NCBI GenBank assembly: GCA_903910645.1
Contig: CAIWAD010000172.1
Span: 11,495-75,494 of the forward strand
Direction of reading: 5' to 3'
Length of the DNA stretch: 64,000 bases
Source: an uncultured bacterium
GTDB lineage: Bacteria; CAIWAD01
Shown: positions 36,401 through 44,532 of the stretch, piece by piece
Layout: each line of letters starts with the position of its first letter
Numbering within the stretch: the first letter of the stretch is position 1
Translations under genes and position numbers: made by a program
Notes under the pieces: generated by a model
The model's database searches: none
What the model saw: the letters and a program-made list of their open reading frames with translations, nothing else
What the model was told of the DNA's origin: nothing

Positions 36401-38081
36401 CGATTTCCGCAATCATTACATGCCCAGCGGCATGGGCCCCGACGCCATGATCGCCCCCATGTGGGACGACCACCTCACCACCGGCACGACCGCCGGCGTG
36501 TGGGCCTGGTTCGATGCCACCGAGCACCGCTATGTGATCAGCTGGCGCGGCGTGACGGCCAATGACACGGGTGGCCCCAACACCTTCCAGCTGGTGCTCT
36601 ACGATCCGCTCTACCATCCCACCATGACGGGCGACGGTCCCTTCATGTTCCAGTACCAGGATTACAACGACACCCAAAGCGCGGGCACGGACTTCCCCTA
36701 CTGCACCATTGGCATCAAGGACGAGACCAGCACGCGTGGCATGACCCTGCGCAACGCACAGGTGAATGCCTCCACCATGCACAGCATCACCGACGGCACC
36801 GCCGTGTACTTCACCACCAGCGCGGCCAGCAGCCTGACGCCGCCGGCCCTGGTGCTGGGCTCCCCGGATGTGCAGCTTAGCCTGATCAGCGGGGACACGG
36901 GCGCCGACAGCCTGCTCATCCGCAATGATGGCGAGCTGCCCCTCATCTGGAGCGCCACCCTGCTGGATGGCGGCCTGGCCCGCGACAGCGGCGGCCCGGA
37001 CAACTTCGGCTACATCTGGAAGGACAGCGCGGAAGAGGACGGCCCGGTCTACAACTGGCTGGCCCCCGAAGGTCGCGTCAACCTGGCCTTCCCCGACCAC
37101 GACGGCATCACCAGCCCCCTGGATCTTGGCTACACCCAGTTCTTCTACGGCGAAGCCTTCACCCAGGTTCAGGTGAGCGCCAACGGGCACATCACCTTCA
37201 GCGGCCAGGACGGCGGCGCGCAGAACATCCAGTTGCCCAGCGCCAATGCGCCGGCCTACATGATCGCCCCCTGGTGGGAGGACCTGAAACCCGAGGCGGC
37301 CCATCCGGACCAGGTGTGGTGGTGGACGAACAATCAGGACTCGCTGGTGGTGTCCTGGGACAATGTGCCCCACTACAATCCCTTCATCTATGGCGGTCCC
37401 ATCCGCGCCCAGGTGGTGATGAAGGCCAATGGCGAAGTGACCATCCAGATTGGCAATGTGGGCGGCGCGAACTATCCGGTGAACACCGGCGGCACCTGCG
37501 GCCTGCAGGGCGAGGCCGGCGTGGAGGGCTTCACCTTCATCCACAACCAGGATGTGAGCGCCCAACTGCCCTGGGCCGTGCGCCTGACGCCTCCGGCCTG
37601 GGTTGAGACGGAAGGCCCAACCAGCGGATTGGTGGCGGGCGGAGACAGCACCTATGTGCAGGTGCGCTTCACCACCGTGCCGGGTTTCCCCCTGCCGGCT
37701 GGCACTTACGAGACGGCGCTGCTGCTCACCAGCAACGACCTGAACCACCTGCAGCAGACGGTGCCCGTCGCCCTGCATGTGAGCATCAACGGCACGGGCG
37801 AAGGTCCCACGCGGCCCATGGCCACGGAGCTGGCGGGTGCCTGGCCCAATCCCTTCAACCCTTCCACGCGCGTGTCCTTCACGCTGGCGCAGGCCGGCCA
37901 CACCACGGTGAGCATCCACAACCTGCTGGGTCAGGAAGTGGCGCGCCTGGTGGACGCCTCCATGGCCGCCGGTAGCCACCAGCTCATTTGGGACGGCACG
38001 GGTCAGGCCTCGGGCCTGTACCTGGTGGTGCTGGAATCCCAGGGCGTGCGGGATGAAATGAAGGTGATGCTGCTGAAGTAA
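33459..38081 (+). CDS. gingipain-like (peptidase C25 fold) giant secreted protein with two NIDO-like modules and a Por/T9SS-type C-terminal tail; catalytic His position substituted
   Basis: Internal ATG of ORF 33327..38081 with RBS GGAGAGG and a signal peptide. Motifs are FVLLVGDTEG, VAVGRMSC, YNYRGWIG (Trp at 34776-34778 at the His position) and IFTCSTGDF (Cys at 34860-34862). The C-terminus is AWPNPFNPSTRVSFTL...SGLYLVVL...VMLLK. Confidence 0.85.
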   Translation: MTFRACQRHARALWVLLPAILLVVFTQEVRAGLRMEAVESSSESMILEVDFPALEISRERMNDQAWDVLSMEGSAFMAQPGAPDLPAFHRLLRLPDRSDLQITVLDADFEPLHGLIPAPNQERLHTMAELPLPWLEDKSIYLNNAEYPGILFEKDEPVLLRDARAMKVSFYPVQVNPVTGEGRVLRHLRVRVDFAGENLVNAGSGPLADPTPVLQGQFTSCMVHGEASESGAMETVGFNPGRLPGHYLIFANTQALGASALQNYIEWKRRRGHKVTVVSSTDISFTTTNIRNRIITEYNSADPVDFVLLVGDTEGTYALPSDGTSYDHFYSKIVGNDILGDVAVGRMSCDNATQLTTVCNKIISYESMPYMDNDNWLTRAGFTVGSSACALSMKILSRNVAAELVSRRGYDDIDTNFCVGAGHVVQWFNEGLSFYNYRGWIGMEGLDANQIRNLTQGPRTPVATIFTCSTGDFNGGDDYTEAFFEAGNAATPGGAVACMGFATASTHTRYNNVVVGGYYGGLLEQDLPEVGACLLQGKYELYQTLPPSDQGQASNFANWGNLMGDPGTSQWVGLPAPMTLQGAPTSLGTGADHLALTVLSNGQPVAEAAVCVYQNQGGGVLMQHTLLSDADGQVLLPLDGLVSGTLKLTATQRRHVPVLLDIPVAQQGSDLAVSNVQVDGGSILPGASNQAVTLTLENTGSASISGVISFTMDASYGNLVAPDQTLPELAPGATTVLAPVAISALGTLSDGDELPLMINLSGGASVERMAWLTVAAPQPSPTGTSTPGGPLVPGQSRTLRVNLQNLGSRTAQNLIVSLASNNAYYGQVASPPQSVGSLAAGASTTADFSVLINTLTMVGYQLPLTLSWTTSDGVEGSSELLAVVGTPSVGDPTGPDGYGYWAFESTDTNYDLAPTYGWIPVAPAEGGQGVELNIQDNGNEQDDGVWVTLPFTFTYYGRNYTRAMVCSNGFLAFDDAGFGEYDFRNHYMPSGMGPDAMIAPMWDDHLTTGTTAGVWAWFDATEHRYVISWRGVTANDTGGPNTFQLVLYDPLYHPTMTGDGPFMFQYQDYNDTQSAGTDFPYCTIGIKDETSTRGMTLRNAQVNASTMHSITDGTAVYFTTSAASSLTPPALVLGSPDVQLSLISGDTGADSLLIRNDGELPLIWSATLLDGGLARDSGGPDNFGYIWKDSAEEDGPVYNWLAPEGRVNLAFPDHDGITSPLDLGYTQFFYGEAFTQVQVSANGHITFSGQDGGAQNIQLPSANAPAYMIAPWWEDLKPEAAHPDQVWWWTNNQDSLVVSWDNVPHYNPFIYGGPIRAQVVMKANGEVTIQIGNVGGANYPVNTGGTCGLQGEAGVEGFTFIHNQDVSAQLPWAVRLTPPAWVETEGPTSGLVAGGDSTYVQVRFTTVPGFPLPAGTYETALLLTSNDLNHLQQTVPVALHVSINGTGEGPTRPMATELAGAWPNPFNPSTRVSFTLAQAGHTTVSIHNLLGQEVARLVDASMAAGSHQLIWDGTGQASGLYLVVLESQGVRDEMKVMLLK

Positions 38082-38104
38082 GGTTCAGCAGCTGCCGATA
38101 GCAC

Positions 38105-38132
38105 AAGGGCCACCTTCGGGTGGCCCTTTTCT
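38105..38132 (+). terminator. rho-independent terminator after the second C25-like gene
   Basis: aagggccacc-ttcg-ggtggccctt gives a 10-bp stem followed by ttctc. Confidence 0.75.
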
Positions 38133-38199
38133 CAATCCGCCGGGTTTCTGGACTGGGCGGTACATTCAAGCACACAGCATCCAACAACAGGAGAGAGGC

Positions 38200-39000
38200 A
38201 TGATGAAAACGGAAACCGTGTGGCCCATGATTCGGCGCGGCATGGCCTTGCTTGTCCTGGGCATCCTGGCCGCTGGTTTTTCCGGCTGCGAGGCTGATGA
38301 CGACAGCGAGGACACTGGCGGTGGCGTAATCGGCATCTGGCGCCGCACGGATGTGGTCAATGGTTCCACCGTGCTGCAGGAGACGGTTGAGCTGGTGGCG
38401 GGCGGCACAATCAATCTGGTGAGCGCGGATTTCGTGAACCAGGAGTGCTTCAGCGTCGAGGGCACCTGGACCATGTCCGGTGACAGCATCACCACCGTCG
38501 TCATGGGCGAGCAGTACACCTCCACCGTCGTGATTAGCGGTGGCAACATGGTGGTCACCGAATCCAACGGCACGCCCGTAACATACAGCCGGGTGAGCGC
38601 CATGCCCACTTGCGACGACTACGGTTTCGGCGGAAATGACAATTGGGACGGCACCTTCCTTGCCACCGTGGGCGGCACGGTTATCGACTTCTCCTCCAAT
38701 CTCTATGTGGAGACGGATCAGAACATGATGGGCGTGGGCGGCTTCAACGGCACCAAGAACATGGCCTTCGTCATTGACGGAACCACCGCGGGCGCCTACA
38801 CGGAGGCTAACGCCGCGGGCACCTACATGCCCAACATCAGTGTCACCACGGACGCCTACATCAGCCAGACCCTGACCTTGAACCTGACCACGGTGGAAGC
38901 AAACCACATCGCGGGCACCTTCACCTTCGAGGCCATCAATCCATTCACCATGGCGAGTCTGTCCGTCACCAACGGCCAGATCAACATCAGCCATCCCTGA
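38200..39000 (+). CDS. lipoprotein, hypothetical (Thr/Gly/Asn-rich, probably beta-rich)
   Basis: The ATG has a GGAGAGAGG RBS. The lipobox is ...LGILAAGFSGC. GC3 bias is present and I recognise no motif. Confidence 0.75.
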   Translation: MMKTETVWPMIRRGMALLVLGILAAGFSGCEADDDSEDTGGGVIGIWRRTDVVNGSTVLQETVELVAGGTINLVSADFVNQECFSVEGTWTMSGDSITTVVMGEQYTSTVVISGGNMVVTESNGTPVTYSRVSAMPTCDDYGFGGNDNWDGTFLATVGGTVIDFSSNLYVETDQNMMGVGGFNGTKNMAFVIDGTTAGAYTEANAAGTYMPNISVTTDAYISQTLTLNLTTVEANHIAGTFTFEAINPFTMASLSVTNGQINISHP

Positions 39001-39030
39001 GCTGGTTTGGGGGCAGCATCCATCAATGAA

Positions 39031-39054
39031 AAGGGGCAGCCTCGGCTGCCCCTT
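39031..39054. terminator. hairpin between convergent genes, likely a bidirectional terminator
   Basis: aaggggcag ... ctgcccctt gives a 9-bp stem. The T/A runs tttc (plus strand) and ttttcatt (minus strand) flank it. Confidence 0.65.
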
Positions 39055-39061
39055 TCGCGTC

Positions 39062-39301
39062 TCAGGCCTCGCCTTCCGGCGGCGCGCCCTTGTGGCTGCC
39101 GTCGCACCACGGGAAGTTTCCGCTCTTGCGACAGCCGCAGACCACCGCGGCCCCGGCACGCTCACAGGCGTGGACGGCGGGTCGATGTTCGGTTCCCTTG
39201 TGGGCGCCATCGCAGAAGGGCATGCGCTGGCTCAGGCCACAGGTGCAGAAGGCGTAGCTCTTGGCCTCCAGCTCCATGCGAATGGGTCCTTTGTGGTTCA
39301 T
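39062..39301 (-). CDS. CDGSH iron-sulfur domain protein (two CDGSH motifs)
   Basis: 79 aa carrying CTCGLSQRMPFCDGAH and CGCRKSGNFPWCDGSH. Confidence 0.9.
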   Translation of the reverse strand: MNHKGPIRMELEAKSYAFCTCGLSQRMPFCDGAHKGTEHRPAVHACERAGAAVVCGCRKSGNFPWCDGSHKGAPPEGEA

Positions 39302-39478
39302 GGTGTTCCCCCCTGGTCAATTGATTGGTTTGCATGCTGGGATTGCAAGCAGCGGATCTCGCGCTCGCCTCACAAAAGCAGTCAACCGCAACAGCTCTCG
39401 TACTCGCTTCTCTTCCTCAAGCCTTGGATTCGTTCCGCGATCCAGGTTTTTCCTTCCCGATAGTGATTCCGGTTGCCA

Positions 39479-42400
39479 TCAATAGCTCTGTCGGTAGCGC
39501 AGCAGGATGCGTGGATCGCCTTTGATCAAGCCGACATCCCGCAGAGGATCGAAGACCAACTCGCCCGTCAGGTTCAGGTTGCGGCTGACTTGGTAGTCCA
39601 GGTTGCAGCGCTGGAAGAGGCCTACCACGGCCTGTCCCTCCACGGGATGGGTGGCCACCAGTTGTCCCGTCCAGCTGGCGAAGGTGCGCGGCCCAAGGCT
39701 CTTCCCAAGGATGACGCGTGTGCCCTGAAGGTAATCCAGGTAGCTCTGGCTGATTTGCTCCTGGGTGGTTTGGGTGGACAGCAGCTCCTCCACCGTGTTG
39801 CGCAGCACGGGCAGGAAAATGCGCACCTGGTCCAGGCCCAGCTGGCGGCGGATGCGGCTTTCAATGGGACGCAGGGGAATCTCCCAGAAGCCCGCCACCA
39901 CATCGGGCAGCATGGACTCAATGGCGCCGCCGGCGTCGTAGGGGTTCAGCCCCATGTCCACCAGCAGCTCCTCCTGGCCCTTTTCCAGCAAATCCTGGCT
40001 GCCGTTGAGTTCGTCCATCAGCTCCACGCGGATCTCGTCCCAGCGTCCGCGCAGCTGGCGGTTTCCCAACTCGTCCGTGGTGCACAACTGCAGCCAGATC
40101 TGACGGGCGTCCTGGCTGAACATGGATTGCAGACCAGGATCCTGCTCGGCGCTGAGCATGCTGTGCACGGCTCGTCCCCACACGGTGGGCATGAGGCTGG
40201 TGGGATCGAAAACCAGTCCCGCGTCCTCCACATCGAACTCCTTGTCCAGGAAGATCACGCTGCCCTTGCGGCAGGTGGCCTCGCCCTGGATGCGGAAGCT
40301 CTCATCCTCGATCTGCCCGCGCATCCACAGGGGCTGGGGCATGGGATCCACGAAAAGATCCACCGTGATGCGGTCCAGATAGCCCTTCAGGCGGTCCACG
40401 AAGCGGTTGTCATCGAAGCCCTGCACCTTCTTCCAGTAGTTCACATTGCGGCCGCCCTGCACGGCCATGTCCCAGTCGATGCGGTTAAGGAAATCGATGA
40501 CCGCGCGCAGGAGCGGCGTGGGGGCTTCCACGCCCTTGATGAAGGGATATGTGAACTGGGCATTGTCCACCACGGCCAGGCCGCGCACCATGGGCCGCTC
40601 CAAAGGACCGGCGAACCAGAAGCGCTCGCCCGGGGCGGCGCCCTTCAGGGTAAGTCGGCCGCTCCAGTCGGGCTCCATCAGGCCGGGAATGGTGACCTCC
40701 ACCGGCGCATCGCGGCCCAGTTCATCCACCGTGGCCAATTCAATCACGCCGCAATCCAGTTCCGGACGCTCGAATACCCAGGGTTCCAGGGCCTGACCGT
40801 CCGCCACCGCCTCCCATGTGTTGGAAATGCGCAGCCGGGTTCCACCCACCCTGGCCCAACCGCGCTCCAGTTGCAGGCGACCGTTCTCGATCTGCCCCAG
40901 CAATTGAAGATCCCGCACTTTCCGGAAAACGGAGGCCATGTCCAGTTGGGCGTCCTTCAGTTCAATGCGGCCTTCGCGGATCTGGGGCTCCAGCATGTTG
41001 CCCACCAGACGCAGTGAGATCTCTCCCATGCCGCTGGCCGCTTTGAAGAAGGAGGATTGCCGCCCGTCCATGGTCAAGGTGAGTGGCTCCAGCAGATCCC
41101 CGCGCAGGCCAATCTCCACATCCGATTTGTCCTGTCCGGTGGCCAACAGCCCCTTGGCGCGCAGGGCCAGTGGCGAGGGGCCTCCCCGCTCCAGCACCAG
41201 GCTGTCCAGGGCCAGAAGACCGGCAGCCGGGCCCTCGGAAATACCCGCATCCAGTCGCTCAAACTGCAGTGGGCCAAGACGGGGCATTTCCATGTGCACA
41301 TGCCCCGTCAGCCTGCGGCTGCCGCCGGCACGCAGATCCATTTCCAGATGGCCGTCCAGCGGACCCTTGATCCAGGTTCGGCCGCCAGGCTCTGCTGGCA
41401 GCAAGGCGGACACATCGCGCCCCAGCAAATCCAGCAGCATGCGGCGGGGCCCTTCCTTCATGGCCCAGTCCAATGAGAAGGTGGCCCAGTTTTCACCATC
41501 CAGGCCGATGTTGCCCCGCTCAAGGCCGGCATGGTTGGCGTCCACGGAAAGATCCGCACGCACCAGGGCCTGGCGCTCCAGCAGGCGATCCCGCCACTCC
41601 AGTCCACCCCGCAATCCCAACCTGTCCAGGGGACCTTCACCGCCAGCCAACAGACTAAGACGGCCCAGGCCGCGGGGTGCCTCCTGCTCGAAAAGCAGAT
41701 CCCAGAAGGGCTCCAGTGCCTGATCCTCCACGGACAAATCCACCAGGCAAAGCCGGGATTCCAGGTCCACCCAACCGCGACTTTCCACATTCTCCAGCTG
41801 AAGCCGGGTGAGTTCAAGACGGGAACCGTCCAGCACCGCCTCCACCTGCCCCTGAACCTGGCGTCCACGCCAGCCCTCCACCGTCAGCGCGGCTGTGATG
41901 GAACGCAAGGTGTCGGACCAGGCCAGCAGTCCGTCCAGCGTGGCGCGACGGCCACGCCAATCCAGCTGGGCCAGGGCTTCGGTGCGCCTGGCCATGCCCT
42001 GCAGATAAATCTCGCCCCCCAGGTCGGGCGGCAGAAGTCCGGGTTCCAGGTCGAAGAGAGCGCCCAAGGTCCGTGGGATTAGGGCCAGGGAGGCTTGCCA
42101 GCTCCCCGTGGCGCTGTCCAACCACTCCGCACTGCCCAGGGATCGGCCTTCCGGCGTGATGAGGAAGAGGCGGCAGGCCGGCAGGCTTTCACCCACCATC
42201 TGTCCGGCCAGCACTTCCCCCGTGGCGGACAAGAGCGGGCCGTCCCGCCCCTCCAGGCTTCCCTCCACTTCGCCTCGTTCAATGCGCCACTGCGGTCCGG
42301 CGCGACGCAGGAGCAAATCCACATCAACCAGGGCAAGACTTCCCCGGGCCACCTTGCCGCGCAGGGCCGCAAGCCCTTCCGTCTCGGCCTGCAGGTGCAA

Positions 42401-43675
42401 GACGGCACCCACCTGCTCCACACCCTTGCCCAGGGAAAGCTCAGCGCCACCTTCAATGGAAACGCCCGCCATGGGACTCCAGCGCAGCTCCTTCACTGTC
42501 GCGGATCCCGCTTGCCAGCTTGCGGCAAGGGAGGCATCGCCCAGATTGCGTTCCTTCAGGATGACCTGGCTCAGTTCCAGCTGGCCATCCAGGCGTGGCC
42601 CATTCCGCCAGTGGCCCTGCAGGGTGAAGGCCGCCAGCCCGCTCAACTCGGGAGGGGTCTGGCCCTGCATGCGGCCCAGGGCCTGTGCCACTGGGCGAAG
42701 ATCCCAGTCGTGTCCCCGTGCCCACAAACGCGCTCCTTCCAGCCGCCAGGGCATGGAAGCCTGGCACTCCAGCCCCTGGCCATCCCAGTCAAGCGCGCCA
42801 CGCTGCACCCACAGGCTGTCCGCATCGAGCCCCAGATCCAGTCGTCCACGCACCACGCCACCCTCGCGGACCAGGACCAGCTGGTTCACCACCACTGTTC
42901 CCGCGCCGGACAGACTGTCCAGGGCACCGGCGGCCAGGCGTCCCCCCACATGGAGATTCACGCCCACATCCGCCTCTTTCAGTTCGGGCAGACGCTCTGG
43001 TTCAAGGATGGACTGGCTCAGGCTGTCCAATTGCAGGCTGAAGCGTCCGTCAAGGGTCTGTGCGTCCAGGCGCATGTCGGCATGGAAGGCCTGATGTTCG
43101 TTGTCCAGCACCTGGCTGCGCAGCAGCACATCCACCATGCCACTGTGGCGGAAAACCTGGCCGTCCAGGCCGTCCACCAGCGAGAGAAACTCGCCGCCCG
43201 GACGCCGCCACTGGATGGCCCCCTGGGACAGTCGCACCTCGGGCATGTTTCCCAGGGTGGGTTTTAGCCCTTGCAGCCATTGCTGAAAGGTGGGGCGGGT
43301 CTGGCTTCTTTTGTGGAGCAGGCTGTCGTCCAGGACAAGAATGAAATTCTCCAGGTCCACGCGTTGCACGGCGGCGAGGGCGCGGGTGGGGGACTTCAAC
43401 CACACCAGCGGAGCCAGGCGCAACCGCACCATGCGCGATTCAAGGCGAAGGCCGCCGCCGGCGCGGGACAGGCCAAGATCCTGCAGATCCAGCCCCACCC
43501 AGGCGGGATGCACTGCCGCCAGTTCCACCCGCTCCAGGCCCCTGGCCTCAAGCAGGCGCACCAATTCGCCGCGCAGACGCTCCTCCAGGCCCAAGAGGCG
43601 CCAGGCCGCCAGAAATCCCAGGATCAACAGGGCGGGAACCAGCATCAGCGCCAGAATCCAGCGCCGGGGCTTCAT
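39479..43675 (-). CDS. tamB: translocation/assembly module protein TamB-like (AsmA-like, DUF490 C-terminus)
   Basis: 1398 aa with a single N-terminal TM anchor MKPRRWILALMLVPALLILGFLAAW. The body is a long, repetitive, beta-rich region. The conserved-looking C-terminus is ...NLTGELVFDPLRDVGLIKGDPRILLRYRQSY. Confidence 0.7.
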   Translation of the reverse strand: MKPRRWILALMLVPALLILGFLAAWRLLGLEERLRGELVRLLEARGLERVELAAVHPAWVGLDLQDLGLSRAGGGLRLESRMVRLRLAPLVWLKSPTRALAAVQRVDLENFILVLDDSLLHKRSQTRPTFQQWLQGLKPTLGNMPEVRLSQGAIQWRRPGGEFLSLVDGLDGQVFRHSGMVDVLLRSQVLDNEHQAFHADMRLDAQTLDGRFSLQLDSLSQSILEPERLPELKEADVGVNLHVGGRLAAGALDSLSGAGTVVVNQLVLVREGGVVRGRLDLGLDADSLWVQRGALDWDGQGLECQASMPWRLEGARLWARGHDWDLRPVAQALGRMQGQTPPELSGLAAFTLQGHWRNGPRLDGQLELSQVILKERNLGDASLAASWQAGSATVKELRWSPMAGVSIEGGAELSLGKGVEQVGAVLHLQAETEGLAALRGKVARGSLALVDVDLLLRRAGPQWRIERGEVEGSLEGRDGPLLSATGEVLAGQMVGESLPACRLFLITPEGRSLGSAEWLDSATGSWQASLALIPRTLGALFDLEPGLLPPDLGGEIYLQGMARRTEALAQLDWRGRRATLDGLLAWSDTLRSITAALTVEGWRGRQVQGQVEAVLDGSRLELTRLQLENVESRGWVDLESRLCLVDLSVEDQALEPFWDLLFEQEAPRGLGRLSLLAGGEGPLDRLGLRGGLEWRDRLLERQALVRADLSVDANHAGLERGNIGLDGENWATFSLDWAMKEGPRRMLLDLLGRDVSALLPAEPGGRTWIKGPLDGHLEMDLRAGGSRRLTGHVHMEMPRLGPLQFERLDAGISEGPAAGLLALDSLVLERGGPSPLALRAKGLLATGQDKSDVEIGLRGDLLEPLTLTMDGRQSSFFKAASGMGEISLRLVGNMLEPQIREGRIELKDAQLDMASVFRKVRDLQLLGQIENGRLQLERGWARVGGTRLRISNTWEAVADGQALEPWVFERPELDCGVIELATVDELGRDAPVEVTIPGLMEPDWSGRLTLKGAAPGERFWFAGPLERPMVRGLAVVDNAQFTYPFIKGVEAPTPLLRAVIDFLNRIDWDMAVQGGRNVNYWKKVQGFDDNRFVDRLKGYLDRITVDLFVDPMPQPLWMRGQIEDESFRIQGEATCRKGSVIFLDKEFDVEDAGLVFDPTSLMPTVWGRAVHSMLSAEQDPGLQSMFSQDARQIWLQLCTTDELGNRQLRGRWDEIRVELMDELNGSQDLLEKGQEELLVDMGLNPYDAGGAIESMLPDVVAGFWEIPLRPIESRIRRQLGLDQVRIFLPVLRNTVEELLSTQTTQEQISQSYLDYLQGTRVILGKSLGPRTFASWTGQLVATHPVEGQAVVGLFQRCNLDYQVSRNLNLTGELVFDPLRDVGLIKGDPRILLRYRQSY

Positions 43676-44406
43676 GGACGCACTTGTTCCGATGTGCGCC
43701 CAAAGCGGCGTTCACGGCAGGCAAAGGCGGCGAAGGCCTCCTCCAACTGGGGGCGGCGAAAATCCGGCCACAAGGCTTCGCTGATGAAGAACTCGGTGTA
43801 CGCAACCTGCCAGAGCATGAAGTTGGACAGGCGGTATTCGCCGCCCGTGCGGATGAGCAGGTCCGGATCGGGCAGGCCACTGGTGAAGAGCCGGCGGGAG
43901 AACTCCGCCTCGTCCACGGAGGGTTTTCCTTCCTTCAGCAGCTGATTCACCACATGGAGGATTTCCTGGCGGGATCCGTAGGAGAGGGCCAGGTTGAGCA
44001 CAAGACCGGTGTTGTCCCGGGTTTTCTCCATGGCCTTCAGCATGCCCTGACGGGCCCTGGCGGGCAATTCGTCAAGGAAGCCCATGGTGCGCACCTGCAC
44101 ACCGCTGGCGTGCAGACGATCCACTTCGGCCGTGATGGTGCGCAAAAGCAAGCCCATCAGGGCGCGTACCTCTGCCGGTGGGCGCTGCCAATTTTCCGAG
44201 CTGAAGGTGTAAAGGGTCAGGGCCTCCACCCCCAATTGGCCACAGACCTCCACGATTTCGCGCACGCTGTGGATGCCTTCCCGGTGGCCGGCCACGCGGG
44301 GAAGTCCACGGGAGCGTGCCCAGCGTCCGTTGCCATCCATGATGATGGCCACATGGCGGGGAAGCTCGCGCACAGGGCGGGAATCGTGGGTGGAACTCCT
44401 GGCCAA
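43672..44406 (-). CDS. uppS: isoprenyl transferase (undecaprenyl diphosphate synthase)
   Basis: HVAIIMDGNGRWA, TLYTFSSENWQRP and IRTGGEYRLSNFMLWQ are present. The stop overlaps the tamB-like start (ATGA). Confidence 0.95.
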   Translation of the reverse strand: MARSSTHDSRPVRELPRHVAIIMDGNGRWARSRGLPRVAGHREGIHSVREIVEVCGQLGVEALTLYTFSSENWQRPPAEVRALMGLLLRTITAEVDRLHASGVQVRTMGFLDELPARARQGMLKAMEKTRDNTGLVLNLALSYGSRQEILHVVNQLLKEGKPSVDEAEFSRRLFTSGLPDPDLLIRTGGEYRLSNFMLWQVAYTEFFISEALWPDFRRPQLEEAFAAFACRERRFGRTSEQVRP

Positions 44407-44532
44407 ATGGTCTCCTGTTACAGGAAGGCGCGGCGGAGGGCCCTCGCCCCGCGCCGCGCATCCTTCAGGCCTCCCGCGAGACCTTCAACATCCTGGACCA
44501 CTGCCCACAGAAACGCGGGCAGTGGCGGCGAG

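Noticed and set aside
29379-37979. Very long ORFs antisense to the two C25-like genes (29379..31847 plus strand at 822 aa; 33405..34979 minus strand at 524 aa; 35118..37979 minus strand at 953 aa)
   Set aside because: The reasoning is the same. The sense frames align to gingipain motifs and end in Por-type tails. The antisense frames are Gly/Ala/His/Arg-rich with no signal peptides or motifs.
39473-43267. Plus-strand ORFs 39473..41017 (514 aa), 42095..43267 (390 aa) and others inside the tamB-like gene
   Set aside because: They lie antisense to a single uninterrupted 1398-aa frame with an N-terminal anchor. I saw no independent start or RBS signals and no motifs.
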